DNA of 53,253 bases from Pseudomonas phage Luminis. Made by a program: the position numbers and the translations under genes. Position 1 is the stretch's first letter, and each line of letters starts with the position of its first letter. The notes under the pieces are model-generated. The model was not told where the DNA came from. It did no database searches and worked only from the letters and a program-made list of their open reading frames with translations. Shown in pieces: positions 20,591 to 29,225 of this stretch. The stretch is from sequence record PQ632788.1, one strand, 5' to 3'.

Positions 20591-20806
20591 GTGAGCCAGA
20601 CGCTGGAAGCGACAAAGCGCGAGCTGGATGAGGCGGGCATCGCCTACACCGTGGAGCGGGGCAAACGGCACTACAAGGTCCGCTTCATCGTCCGGGGGAA
20701 GCCCCTGATGGTGACCTGCTCCCGGACGGCCTCCGACCACCGCGCGGCACTCAACGCCCGCCTTCAGGTCCGGCGGGAAATCCGCCGGGCGCTGGAAGTC
20801 ACGTGA
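20591..20806 (+). CDS. Hypothetical small protein
   Basis: GTG 20591 after GAGG. The rest of track ORF 20468-20806 overlaps the primase gene. Confidence 0.45.
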   Translation: MSQTLEATKRELDEAGIAYTVERGKRHYKVRFIVRGKPLMVTCSRTASDHRAALNARLQVRREIRRALEVT

Positions 20807-20810
20807 GCCG

Positions 20811-20841
20811 CTTTACTTCTTCGGAACGCCGCACTATACTT
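20811..20841 (+). promoter_or_regulatory. Phage promoter copy 3
   Basis: CCGCTTTACTTCTTCGG with TTTACT at 20812-20817, a 17 nt spacer, then CACTATACTTCTTCAC with TATACT at 20835-20840. Confidence 0.65.
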
Positions 20842-20917
20842 CTTCACACGAGCTGAGAAATGAACCAGACGAACATACTGAATGCACGATTCGAGATTGG
20901 AAAGGAGCTGACCCACT

Positions 20918-21283
20918 ATGAACTACAAGAAGCCTTCCGCCGGATTCATGGCCACCCGATCCCCCGCGGCGCAAAGCCACAGGAAGTCGCCCGCGGACTT
21001 GCTGCGCGAGGCGCACTGCGATTCGAGTTTGAAGTCAATCGCCTTCGAGGCTATGCGTGGGACGCTGACGAGGTTGTGTGACCACGCCCGCTGGGCGGCT
21101 CCGCTTGCCTTCGCCGTCCTGCTGCTCTGGGGCCTGGCGGGGGCCTTTGCGGACTATCTGGACCGCCCGGAGGTTCATATCAGCTACCTGACCCGGGAGT
21201 GCGTGCGCGTGGTGAACGCGGACGGCTCCCCCGGATCGTGCGGAGCCCTCCCGGACCGCTATGAGCGGGTGTGGGTGGAGTAA
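20918..21283 (+). CDS. Hypothetical membrane protein (one transmembrane segment)
   Basis: GC3 about 80% in this frame against about 56% in the overlapping 20860 frame. GAAAGGAG RBS. Hydrophobic segment LAFAVLLLWGLAGAF. Confidence 0.5.
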   Translation: MNYKKPSAGFMATRSPAAQSHRKSPADLLREAHCDSSLKSIAFEAMRGTLTRLCDHARWAAPLAFAVLLLWGLAGAFADYLDRPEVHISYLTRECVRVVNADGSPGSCGALPDRYERVWVE

Positions 21284-21321
21284 GATTCTGTTTCAACAAC
21301 CCTGAGAAAAGGAGCCACAAC

Positions 21322-22500
21322 GTGATCATCTTCCGCAACAAGGGCGTCATCGACCCCAAATCAATCACCACCTTCGGGGTCAGCTCGAAGGAGAACCCGG
21401 GGGCCATCGGCTTCTTCGGGACCGGCCTCAAGTACGCCATCGCCATCCTCCTCCGCGAGGGCTGCGACATCACCATTCACGCCGGGAAGCGCAAGCTGGA
21501 GTTCGGCATCAAGCGGGATCGCGTCCGGGTCGATGACTTCAACGTGGTCACGATGAACAAACGCCGTCTGGGCTTCACCACGGAGGTCGGCAAGACCTGG
21601 GAAGTGTGGCAAGCCTTCCGCGAGCTGTATTGCAACACGATGGACGAACGCGGCGAAGTGTTCGAGGCCGATGAGGTCCCGGAGGTCGCCGCGGACGAAA
21701 CCGTGATTGTGGTCCGGGGCGAAAAGTTCCTGGATGTCTGGGCCTCCCGCTCCGACATCATCCTGTCCAGCGAGCCTCTGGAGCGCCACGAGGCCGTCCA
21801 CATCCATCCCGGCCCGTCGCACTTCGTGTACTACCGGGGCGTGCGAGCCTACCGGCTGGACAACCCATCGCAGTTCACCTACAACATCCAGAAGAAGGTG
21901 GACCTGACGGAGGATCGGACCATCAAGTGGTCCTGGGACATCAGCGCCGCGGTCCGTCGCGGGCTCTGCGAATCGCAGCAGGCTCCCCTGATCAAGAAAG
22001 CCGTCACCGCGCCCAAGGCGACCTTCGAGCATGCGCTGGAGTTCGAGGGCGTGGAGCCGTCCAAGACCTTCCTGGCGACCGTCTCCGAACTCGCCCGCAG
22101 CTTCGACTCCTCGCTGTCCCGCTCCGCGCTGAAGGCTTCGCAGGTCTGGATCATGGACCAGCTCCACGAGGAGGCGACCCCGATGCGCCTGAGCGAGCTG
22201 GAACGGACCCGGCTGGAGAAGGCCGCGGGCTTCTGCGAGCGGCTGGGCTTCGCCGTCCAGGAGTACCCGATCATTGTCAGCGAGTTCCTGGGCGAGGAAG
22301 TCCTGGGCCGGGCGCATGAGGGCAAAATCTACATCAGCAAGCGCACCTTGATGATGGGGACCAAGATGCTGGCCGGGACGCTGATTGAGGAGTTCATCCA
22401 CCTCCGCCACCAGCTGTACGACGAAACCCGCACCATGCAGAACTTCCTGATGGACACCATCGTGTCCTTGGGCGAACAGATCACCGGAGAACCGCTATGA
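21322..22500 (+). CDS. Hypothetical protein (392 aa); N-terminal glycine-rich GFFGTGLKYA segment vaguely reminiscent of GHKL ATP-lid motifs
   Basis: GTG 21322 with AAGGAG RBS. No confident family. Confidence 0.55.
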   Translation: MIIFRNKGVIDPKSITTFGVSSKENPGAIGFFGTGLKYAIAILLREGCDITIHAGKRKLEFGIKRDRVRVDDFNVVTMNKRRLGFTTEVGKTWEVWQAFRELYCNTMDERGEVFEADEVPEVAADETVIVVRGEKFLDVWASRSDIILSSEPLERHEAVHIHPGPSHFVYYRGVRAYRLDNPSQFTYNIQKKVDLTEDRTIKWSWDISAAVRRGLCESQQAPLIKKAVTAPKATFEHALEFEGVEPSKTFLATVSELARSFDSSLSRSALKASQVWIMDQLHEEATPMRLSELERTRLEKAAGFCERLGFAVQEYPIIVSEFLGEEVLGRAHEGKIYISKRTLMMGTKMLAGTLIEEFIHLRHQLYDETRTMQNFLMDTIVSLGEQITGEPL

Positions 22501-22838
22501 GCCGCAAGACCACCATCCGTCTCACCGGAGACGCCCTGACCGCCGCCCGGGCCGTCCACGGCATCCACCAACAAGCCCACGCCCAGAAGGCGGAGCTGGA
22601 GCGCGAGTTTCAGGAGCGACTGAACGAACTCGGGCGGGACGCCCAGGAGCAGATGAGCCGGGCCTGGCCGGTGCTCATGAACGCCGCGGACCTCCCGATG
22701 GAGGAGCTGGGGGAGTGGGAGCTGGACGCGAGCTATCTGGACGACCACGGCTGCGCCTTCCTGAGCAAGCGCGAGGCGGAGGACGCCCGCCCCTCCTTGG
22801 GCGACCTCCTCCAGTCCATGACGGCCTCGAAGCACTGA
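22497..22838 (+). CDS. Hypothetical protein
   Basis: ATGA-coupled ORF. Confidence 0.5.
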   Translation: MSRKTTIRLTGDALTAARAVHGIHQQAHAQKAELEREFQERLNELGRDAQEQMSRAWPVLMNAADLPMEELGEWELDASYLDDHGCAFLSKREAEDARPSLGDLLQSMTASKH

Positions 22839-22849
22839 GGAGCCCGACT

Positions 22850-23119
22850 ATGAAACCGCTGCTGATCTTCGCCCTCGCCCTGCTGCCCCTCGCCACGCAG
22901 GCGGCACCGGAGGACCGCCCCCTGTATAACGCCCAGGAGACGGTCCGGCGTGCGCAGATCGGCAGCAATTCCTCACGCCTCGCCCCTCCGTCCCGGGTCC
23001 TCCCGGCGGAGGTCGGGGCGAAGCCGGACCCGGCCCGCTTCGAGCGGCTGGAGTGCTGGCACGATCCCGCCCGACCCCTGGGCAACCGTATTGTTTGCGA
23101 ACCTCGGAGAACCAAATGA
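22850..23119 (+). CDS. Small secreted protein with N-terminal signal peptide
   Basis: Signal peptide MKPLLIFALALLPLATQAAP. GAGG RBS. Confidence 0.5.
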   Translation: MKPLLIFALALLPLATQAAPEDRPLYNAQETVRRAQIGSNSSRLAPPSRVLPAEVGAKPDPARFERLECWHDPARPLGNRIVCEPRRTK

Positions 23120-23727
23120 GCAACGAAACCCAAGAATCAATCACCCGCTGGGCTGACGACACCTTCGGAGTGAAGCACCCGGCGGAAGTCGCCGCCCGTA
23201 TGAACGTGGAGGTGGCGGAACTGGTCGCGGGCCTCGCCACCGTCGCCGCCGTCCCGGTCGAAGATATGGACCCGGAGCTGGTCCAGGAACTCCAGAAGGA
23301 ATGCGCGGACGTATTCATCATGCTCGCCCAGGTCGCGGAGAAGCTGGACGTGGACCTTCAGACCGTGGTGGACTACAAGATGGGGGTGAACCGCCGCCGC
23401 AACTGGACCCGGAGCCCGTCCGGGAAGATGCAGCACGTTGAGACGTTCCTGGAGCCGGGGAGCGGGCTTGAGATGGAGCTGGACAAGTTCTACATCCTCA
23501 GCGACTCCGGCCACTTCTACACTGACCGGGGCTTCGAGTCCGCGGACGCCGCCCTGAACTGGGCCCAGTCCGCGGAGGGGGTCGCCGCCGGAGCCGAAGG
23601 AGCTGTGGTGCCGACCTTTCGGGCCGGGGGCTTCTTCGAGGGCCAGGACGGCGTGAACATTTACCTGGGCCGCGAGCTGCGCGCCTTCTGGAAAGCCAAC
23701 CCCCTGTGCGAAGGAGAACCGGCATGA
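23116..23727 (+). CDS. MazG-like nucleoside triphosphate pyrophosphohydrolase
   Basis: All-alpha NTP-PPase motifs EVAELVAGL...ELQKECADVFIMLAQVAEKLDVDL. Confidence 0.7.
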   Translation: MSNETQESITRWADDTFGVKHPAEVAARMNVEVAELVAGLATVAAVPVEDMDPELVQELQKECADVFIMLAQVAEKLDVDLQTVVDYKMGVNRRRNWTRSPSGKMQHVETFLEPGSGLEMELDKFYILSDSGHFYTDRGFESADAALNWAQSAEGVAAGAEGAVVPTFRAGGFFEGQDGVNIYLGRELRAFWKANPLCEGEPA

Positions 23728-24200
23728 CCACTACCATCCAGGGCGTCCAGGCCCGCCTCGGGCGCAACCCGGAGGACCCCCGCAAGTACCAAGTGACGGT
23801 CCTCGTGTACAGCCAAGTCCGCCCAGGCCTGAAGTCCTCCACGGACATCGACCCGGGCCAGTGCGCGAGCCAGCAGCACCTCCTCCAGATGATCGGGACG
23901 GCGGGAGCCGCTTGCGCGGAGTACCTGGGGGAGAAGTACGGCGACAACATCGACCCCGTGACGGCCTCCCGGGATGCGGTCCGGGCCTTCGGGGAGGAGT
24001 GCCGCTTGATGGCGGAACTCGCCCGCGACGTACCGGAGAAGCTGAGGCGCCTCGAAGCCAACGTGGCGAAGCTGTCCAACGAGAACCAGGAGCAGCTGCG
24101 CCGCCTCCGCTACCTCGTGAACCACCAAGAGAAGCTGCTGCCGCGGGAAGTCGCGTGGCTGAATCAGCGCCTCGGGGAACTCCACGGAGGTCAGCTGTGA
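23724..24200 (+). CDS. Hypothetical protein
   Basis: GAAGGAG RBS. Confidence 0.5.
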   Translation: MTTTIQGVQARLGRNPEDPRKYQVTVLVYSQVRPGLKSSTDIDPGQCASQQHLLQMIGTAGAACAEYLGEKYGDNIDPVTASRDAVRAFGEECRLMAELARDVPEKLRRLEANVAKLSNENQEQLRRLRYLVNHQEKLLPREVAWLNQRLGELHGGQL

Positions 24201-24526
24201 AAGACCTGGACGAAGCGGCCCTGGCCGTTCTGTTCGAGGAGTACCGGCAACGCCTCCCGGTCGCGGACTGGGAGGAGTTCCTGGACATCGCCCGGGGCGT
24301 CCTCGCCTCGGAGCGGGTCCGGTGCCGGGTCCAGCGCCGGGAGTATTTTGTTGAGGACTACCTGGAAGCCGATCTGCGCCGCCACTTCGACACGCTGGCG
24401 CATCGGTTCGGCTCACCGGCCTTGGCGATCCCGGGACCGCGACCGCTCCTGCTGAAGGAACTCCCGTGGTGGAGACGCTGGGCGCTGATCGCCCTCCTCC
24501 CGAAGCCGAATGACGACAAACCCTGA
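24197..24526 (+). CDS. Hypothetical protein
   Basis: GTGA overlap start. Confidence 0.45.
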   Translation: MKDLDEAALAVLFEEYRQRLPVADWEEFLDIARGVLASERVRCRVQRREYFVEDYLEADLRRHFDTLAHRFGSPALAIPGPRPLLLKELPWWRRWALIALLPKPNDDKP

Positions 24527-24544
24527 TCAACGCGGAGACACTTG

Positions 24545-24841
24545 ATGATTGAGACCAACAACCCGGGCCATGGCTTCTTCGGAACCTACGCCATGAAGAA
24601 GGGCGAGGAGGCCGCGCGCAAGGCTTGGGCCGTCGCCTTCGAGGCAATCGCCGCCGCCGTACCCTCCGCGAAGCCGGAGGAGGTCCGCAACTACCTGGAC
24701 AGCGTGTATGGGCGTCACACCGCGGATGAGGTCCTCAGCGGCCCGTCCGTCGCCCACCAACTCCAGTTCCGCGCGGCCCGCTTCCGTCGCCACTTCGCGG
24801 AGATTCAACGCCAAACCGCCCGCGGGGCCTTCGAGGACTGA
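24545..24841 (+). CDS. Hypothetical protein
   Basis: GGAG RBS. Confidence 0.5.
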   Translation: MIETNNPGHGFFGTYAMKKGEEAARKAWAVAFEAIAAAVPSAKPEEVRNYLDSVYGRHTADEVLSGPSVAHQLQFRAARFRRHFAEIQRQTARGAFED

Positions 24842-24843
24842 CC

Positions 24844-25131
24844 ATGATACCATTTGACCAAGTCGAAGCCTACGTGGGCGACTTCCTGAGCGACCTCCAA
24901 GGACGGGGCCTGGGCGGGAACATCGTGAAGGACTCGCCCACCCAGGTCATGTACCCGGAGCGGGCGCTGTGGACCGGCGAACAACACCAGCTCGCCTTCC
25001 TGGGCGAGCCCGGGGACTACCGCCTGGAGCTGCGCCGGATCGAAGGCGGGCACTGGGAGGCGATCCGCGAGGAGCGCGACCCGGACCGCTTCAACCTGCT
25101 GATCATCGACCTCTGCGTGAAGGAGGGCTGA
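24844..25131 (+). CDS. Hypothetical protein
   Basis: ORF directly after the previous stop. Confidence 0.5.
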   Translation: MIPFDQVEAYVGDFLSDLQGRGLGGNIVKDSPTQVMYPERALWTGEQHQLAFLGEPGDYRLELRRIEGGHWEAIREERDPDRFNLLIIDLCVKEG

Positions 25132-25135
25132 CGCC

Positions 25136-25405
25136 ATGAATCAAGACCCGAACAAGCGGCCCAACGGAACTTACAAGCCCCGGGCCGAACGCATCCCGCC
25201 GATCAACCTGGATTCCGCGGTTCATGGTGGACTGCGCATCCTCGCCTTCGCCCTGTTCCGTCAGGCGGTGGTGGAGGCTCTCGTGGACCAGCGCGAGAAG
25301 GCCCTGGGAATCCCGACTGGCGACGGCTCCGCGGCGACCTCCTGGGAGGAACTGGAGCGGGTCCTGGGCAAGGAGACGGTGAGCAAGATGAGGGCCGGGG
25401 AGTGA
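25136..25405 (+). CDS. Hypothetical protein
   Basis: ORF. Confidence 0.5.
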   Translation: MNQDPNKRPNGTYKPRAERIPPINLDSAVHGGLRILAFALFRQAVVEALVDQREKALGIPTGDGSAATSWEELERVLGKETVSKMRAGE

Positions 25406-25569
25406 AGGAGGAGCGGAGCTGGGAGCTGTGCTGGATTATCCCGGGCGGCACCATCCAAACGAAGAAGGTGGTGGGCGGCTACTCGCGCGCCTGCCAGGAG
25501 GCCCGGAACCTCCGATTCAAGATGCGCAAGACCGAAGGAGTGCGAATATGGATCATGAGCGAGTTCTGA
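25402..25569 (+). CDS. Small hypothetical protein (55 aa), below the ORF-track size cutoff
   Basis: GTGA overlap start. High GC3. Overlaps the next gene by 22 nt. Confidence 0.35.
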   Translation: MKEERSWELCWIIPGGTIQTKKVVGGYSRACQEARNLRFKMRKTEGVRIWIMSEF

Positions 25570-26165
25570 GCTGGCTGCGGAGCCTGTTCAGGCGGACGCC
25601 CGCCGCCCCGCCGCCGGAGTCGGGACCGATAACCTGGCCCGGGATGATGGCCCCGGGCTTCGATCAACAACCCTTACCTGAGAGACACCCTATGGAACTT
25701 GATCATGAACAGTGGGGCAGCGTGGTGAAAAACGACTTCATCAGGACCTTCTTGGGCGACCGCCTGGGGTTCGGAGTCGCCCGCCAGGTGTACGCCCTCC
25801 ACGGACAGACCGCCCTTGTGGCTAAGGTCGAGACCACGGCCCAATCCTTCCAGAACGTCGCGGAGTGGCAGTTGTGGCACGAGGTCCAATTCACCCCCTG
25901 GGCTCGCTGGTTCGCCCCGTGCCGCCGTATCAGCCCCTGTGGTATCGTCCTGATCCAGGAGCGGACGCGACCCCTGCCCCACGGCGAACTGCCGAAGGAG
26001 CTGCCCGACTTCTTCACCGATCTGAAGCCGGAGAACTTCGGCCTGATCGACGGGCAGGTGGTGTGTCATGACTACGCCCTCCACCTCGCCTCCTCGAACT
26101 GGTTGGGCAAGGCGAAGATGAAGAAGGTGAAGAAGGACGAATGGCGACTGCCTGACGAAGATTGA
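25548..26165 (+). CDS. Minimal protein-kinase-like fold protein
   Basis: Gly-rich loop LGDRLGFGVARQVY. Lys in ALVAKVE. Glu in AEWQLWHEV. Catalytic-loop-like FTDLKPENFGLID (compare HRDLKPEN). Alternative start ATG 25692. Confidence 0.5.
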   Translation: MDHERVLSWLRSLFRRTPAAPPPESGPITWPGMMAPGFDQQPLPERHPMELDHEQWGSVVKNDFIRTFLGDRLGFGVARQVYALHGQTALVAKVETTAQSFQNVAEWQLWHEVQFTPWARWFAPCRRISPCGIVLIQERTRPLPHGELPKELPDFFTDLKPENFGLIDGQVVCHDYALHLASSNWLGKAKMKKVKKDEWRLPDED

Positions 26166-26191
26166 CAACCCGACAGAAACGGAGAACAAAC

Positions 26192-26875
26192 ATGGAACAT
26201 ATCGACATGACGGACGCCGCTGCTGAGTTCATCGACAACCAAGGCGTGGCTGACTTCGCGGACGCGATGCGCCGCAAGCTGGAGAAGAAGCGGGCGGAGG
26301 GCCGGGGCGGTTGGCACGACCCCGACCAGTGTCAACTGGACACCCTCGCGGTGATGCTGCTGGATCACCTGGAGAAGGGCGACCCCGTGGACATCGGCAA
26401 CTTCGCCATGATGCTGTACAACCGCGGCGACGGAGCGGACGGTCAGCCCTCCGTCCTCGGGGCGACCTTCCGCGAATGGCTGGATCACCAGCTCAAGGCC
26501 CGGGACATCGTCGCCTCGAACCTCCAAGCCGCTCTGGACAAGGCCGCGGCCCGGATCGCGGAGCTGGAGGGGATCGCCGGACGCCTCGAAGGCGAGCGCA
26601 ACGAGGCCCGCCGGTCGCTGGACAAGGAGCGGGAGGTGTTCCGCAAGGAGCTGGAGGCGGAGCGGGACGCCCGCCGCCGGTCGGAGCTGAACCTGGCCCG
26701 CGCCCAAGGGTACATCGACCGCGTGACGGAAGGCGAACCGCCGCTGCCGGGAGTGCGCAACGAGGTCCATGAGCGGGTCGGACAGGTCGGGGTCAGCTAC
26801 ATCAGCGGACCGGATCGCCGCGGACCGCGCCTTGACCTGGGCGAACCCCTCCGCGACCCCTATCAATTCCGCTGA
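26192..26875 (+). CDS. Hypothetical coiled-coil protein
   Basis: ACGGAGAAC RBS. Central Ala/Glu/Arg-rich coiled-coil region. Confidence 0.55.
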   Translation: MEHIDMTDAAAEFIDNQGVADFADAMRRKLEKKRAEGRGGWHDPDQCQLDTLAVMLLDHLEKGDPVDIGNFAMMLYNRGDGADGQPSVLGATFREWLDHQLKARDIVASNLQAALDKAAARIAELEGIAGRLEGERNEARRSLDKEREVFRKELEAERDARRRSELNLARAQGYIDRVTEGEPPLPGVRNEVHERVGQVGVSYISGPDRRGPRLDLGEPLRDPYQFR

Positions 26876-27156
26876 TGGCCCGCCGGAAACCCCGCCGCGG
26901 GGAGTACGTCTGCACCTGCGGGGCCTATCGGTTCCCACACCGCTTCGGAGGCGGTCGCTGCTCGGGCTACTTCATTGCCGTGGAGCAGTGGGAGTCGCAC
27001 TATGGGACCGGCGACTGCCGCCACTGTAACTGCCTCAACCGGACGGAGGCCGTGCCCTACTGTGAAGTGGTGGAGGGCGGCGAGTCGGTCCAGGAATGCC
27101 CCGTGTGGCAAGAGTTTGTACGATTCAATGAGATCAAACTGAAGAAGGAGAAGTGA
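26875..27156 (+). CDS. Cys-rich (zinc-binding?) small protein
   Basis: Motifs CTCG...CSG...CRHCNC...C. Confidence 0.5.
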   Translation: MARRKPRRGEYVCTCGAYRFPHRFGGGRCSGYFIAVEQWESHYGTGDCRHCNCLNRTEAVPYCEVVEGGESVQECPVWQEFVRFNEIKLKKEK

Positions 27157-27157
27157 C

Positions 27158-27730
27158 ATGAGTGACGACAACACGATGGACAGCGTGATGATTGACCTGG
27201 AGACGATGGCGACCGGCCCCAACGCCGGGGTCATCCAGGTCGGGGCGATCCCGTTCAACAGCCGAACCGGATTGGTGAAGCCGGACCTGTTCGAGGTGGA
27301 CGTGGACCTCCACAGCGCCCTGATGCTGGGCGGCGAGGTCGATGCCTCCACGGTCCAGTTCTGGCGGGACCATGGCGGACTCCAGCCCAAGCGCCCGCCG
27401 AAGGCGATGCGCTCCGCGCTGACCGACCTCGCCCGCTGGTTGGGCAAGTACCCGGACCTGAAGCGGGTCTGGGCCCAGGGGCCGTCCTTTGACGTCGCCA
27501 TTCTTGAGGGTTACTATCGCCGGGCGGGCGTCCCGATTCCCTGGGGATACTCCATGGCCCGGGACACCCGCACCGTGTATGACCTGGCGAAGGAGCGGGG
27601 CTGGTCGAAGCCGGAGGGGACGCAAGCCGTTCACACCAGCCTGGAGGACTGCCGCCGCCAGATCATCTGCCTCATGAGCGCCCTGAACGTCCTCCGGGGC
27701 AACCCTGAAGGAGAACCCAAGATTGGCTGA
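27158..27730 (+). CDS. DEDDh 3'-5' exonuclease (DnaQ/RNase T-like)
   Basis: Exo I MIDLETMATGPNAGVIQVGAI. Exo III-like AVHTSLEDC. Confidence 0.7.
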   Translation: MSDDNTMDSVMIDLETMATGPNAGVIQVGAIPFNSRTGLVKPDLFEVDVDLHSALMLGGEVDASTVQFWRDHGGLQPKRPPKAMRSALTDLARWLGKYPDLKRVWAQGPSFDVAILEGYYRRAGVPIPWGYSMARDTRTVYDLAKERGWSKPEGTQAVHTSLEDCRRQIICLMSALNVLRGNPEGEPKIG

Positions 27731-27914
27731 CGAAATCGACTTGAGCAATGATCGCATCCTCCACGACACGGACCGCGAAGTGGCCCGGATCGCGGAGGCC
27801 GCGGCGAAGATACCGCCCGGGGAGCCGGGCGACTGTGACCTGTGTGGCGAATGGAGTGGGAGGCTGGTGGGAGGAGTCTGTGCGCCCTGTCGGGACCGCC
27901 ACAAGTTGCCGTGA
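27723..27914 (+). CDS. TraR/DksA-family C4 zinc-finger protein
   Basis: CDLCGEWSGRLVGGVCAPC motif. TTG start per ORF track. Confidence 0.6.
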   Translation: MADEIDLSNDRILHDTDREVARIAEAAAKIPPGEPGDCDLCGEWSGRLVGGVCAPCRDRHKLP

Positions 27915-27938
27915 ATCGAAGAAAGTTGTATGAGGGGG

Positions 27939-27969
27939 CTTTACTTCTTCGGGAGCCCCCACTATACTT
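27939..27969 (+). promoter_or_regulatory. Phage promoter copy 4
   Basis: GGGGGCTTTACTTCTTCGGGAGCCCCC with TTTACT at 27940-27945, a 17 nt spacer, then CACTATACTTTCTTCAC with TATACT at 27963-27968. The -35 sits in the loop of a GGGGGCT/AGCCCCC hairpin. Confidence 0.65.
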
Positions 27970-28014
27970 TCTTCACGTTCAACAAGAACGGCAACCGCAG
28001 AAATGGAGAACATC

Positions 28015-28623
28015 ATGACCCGCACCGCCGCCTTCTACACCGACCGCGCCACCGCCCGCTTCGAGGCTGGTTTCACCTCCAAGGCCGCTCAACAAGAAGC
28101 CCTCCGCGACCTCAACAGCGCCTTCGAGCTGCTGAAGCGCGACATCACCGGCCTGGTCCTGGACATCGACCGGGACGCCCGCACCGCGGATCATGATGAC
28201 GTGTACTGGAACCTGGCCGACTACCCCCACAACTGGAAGGCCAAGCACTCCGCCCTCGCCCTCCGCGTGTTCCCGCAGACCGCCGCGACCGTCGCCCAGA
28301 TCGAAGCCCTGGTGGAGTTCCGCGCCGCTGTCAAGGCCGCTCCGGTGGTGAAGATCGAACGCGCCAGCGACAACGCCAAGGTCGAAGCCGTGACCAAGTC
28401 CATCCGCGACCTGATGGAGCTGCGCCAGGAGCAGTACAACAACGCCCTCCGCCTCCACGACATCTTCGGCGGGCTCCCGGTCCACGCCAACGTCCACTAC
28501 GTGACCAACCAGCACGGCACCACCTTCCTCCGGGCCTTCTACTACCTGAACGGCACCCTGACCCCGCTGTCTATCATCATCGCCGCCGCGGAGGCGAAGG
28601 CCCGGGAAGCCGAAGGCAAGTGA
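28015..28623 (+). CDS. Hypothetical protein
   Basis: ATG 28015, 6 nt after the conserved CAGAAATGGAG SD context. In-frame ATG 28003 is the alternative start. Confidence 0.55.
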   Translation: MTRTAAFYTDRATARFEAGFTSKAAQQEALRDLNSAFELLKRDITGLVLDIDRDARTADHDDVYWNLADYPHNWKAKHSALALRVFPQTAATVAQIEALVEFRAAVKAAPVVKIERASDNAKVEAVTKSIRDLMELRQEQYNNALRLHDIFGGLPVHANVHYVTNQHGTTFLRAFYYLNGTLTPLSIIIAAAEAKAREAEGK

Positions 28624-28631
28624 GACGAAGC

Positions 28632-28651
28632 GGGAGGGCTCCGGCCCTCCC
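28632..28651 (+). terminator. GC hairpin GGGAGGGC-TCCG-GCCCTCCC (20-mer that recurs verbatim at 46145)
   Basis: Perfect 8 bp stem with UCCG tetraloop immediately after a stop codon. No U-tract. Confidence 0.4.
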
Positions 28652-28677
28652 CCGAACCCAAGAAAAGGAGCCCGCCG

Positions 28678-29148
28678 ATGCGCCCCAACCTCCTCGAAGC
28701 CCTCCGCGCAATGACGGAGGGCGAGCTGTACGCCGCCCTGTACCAGGACCCCCTCACCGGGGTCCTGAACCGCCGGGCCTTTGCCGGGGCCGTTGAGGAG
28801 GCGCGGGCCGTCGCCCTCGTGGACATGGACTCGCTGAAGTGGATCAACGACAACCTCGGTCACAGGGCCGGTGATCGAGCCCTCCAGGTCCTCGCGGATG
28901 CCCTCGTGCGGTCCTTCGGAGCTGACTGGGTGTTCCGGGTGTCGGGCGATGAGTTCGCCGTCATGGACGGAGACGCTGAACAGCTCACCCAACGGCTCCT
29001 TCTCCTGCGCTGCTCAGTCCCGGGTTTCAGCTTCGGGACCGGATCGGACATGGCGGAGGCGGACCGCGACCTGCGACACGACAAAGCGGAGCGGGAGAAG
29101 TCCGGCCACCGGGCCGCGCGAGGGCTCCGACCGCCGTGGGTGCCTTGA
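28678..29148 (+). CDS. Stand-alone GGDEF-domain protein (diguanylate-cyclase-like; active-site variant SGDEF)
   Basis: DPLTGVLNRRAF, ALVDMDSLKWINDNLGHRAGDRAL, FRVSGDEFAV and SFGTG motifs are collinear with the GGDEF consensus. Only 156 aa, with no sensor domain and no I-site. Confidence 0.7.
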   Translation: MRPNLLEALRAMTEGELYAALYQDPLTGVLNRRAFAGAVEEARAVALVDMDSLKWINDNLGHRAGDRALQVLADALVRSFGADWVFRVSGDEFAVMDGDAEQLTQRLLLLRCSVPGFSFGTGSDMAEADRDLRHDKAEREKSGHRAARGLRPPWVP

Positions 29149-29161
29149 ACACCCGGCGGGG

Positions 29162-29192
29162 CTTTACTTCTTCGGGTCCCGCCACTATACTT
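29162..29192 (+). promoter_or_regulatory. Phage promoter copy 5
   Basis: GGGGCTTTACTTCTTCGGG with TTTACT at 29163-29168, a 17 nt spacer, then CACTATACTTTCTTCAC with TATACT at 29186-29191. Confidence 0.65.
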
Positions 29193-29225
29193 TCTTCACC
29201 TCAATCAGAAATGGAGAACCCCGAC

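Noticed and set aside
20860-21081. ATG directly after promoter copy 3 opening a 73 aa ORF
   Set aside because: GC3 is only about 56% against about 82% for the overlapping 20918 frame. The conserved CAGAAAWGGAG element seen at the other promoter copies is an SD context serving the downstream start rather than a start codon.
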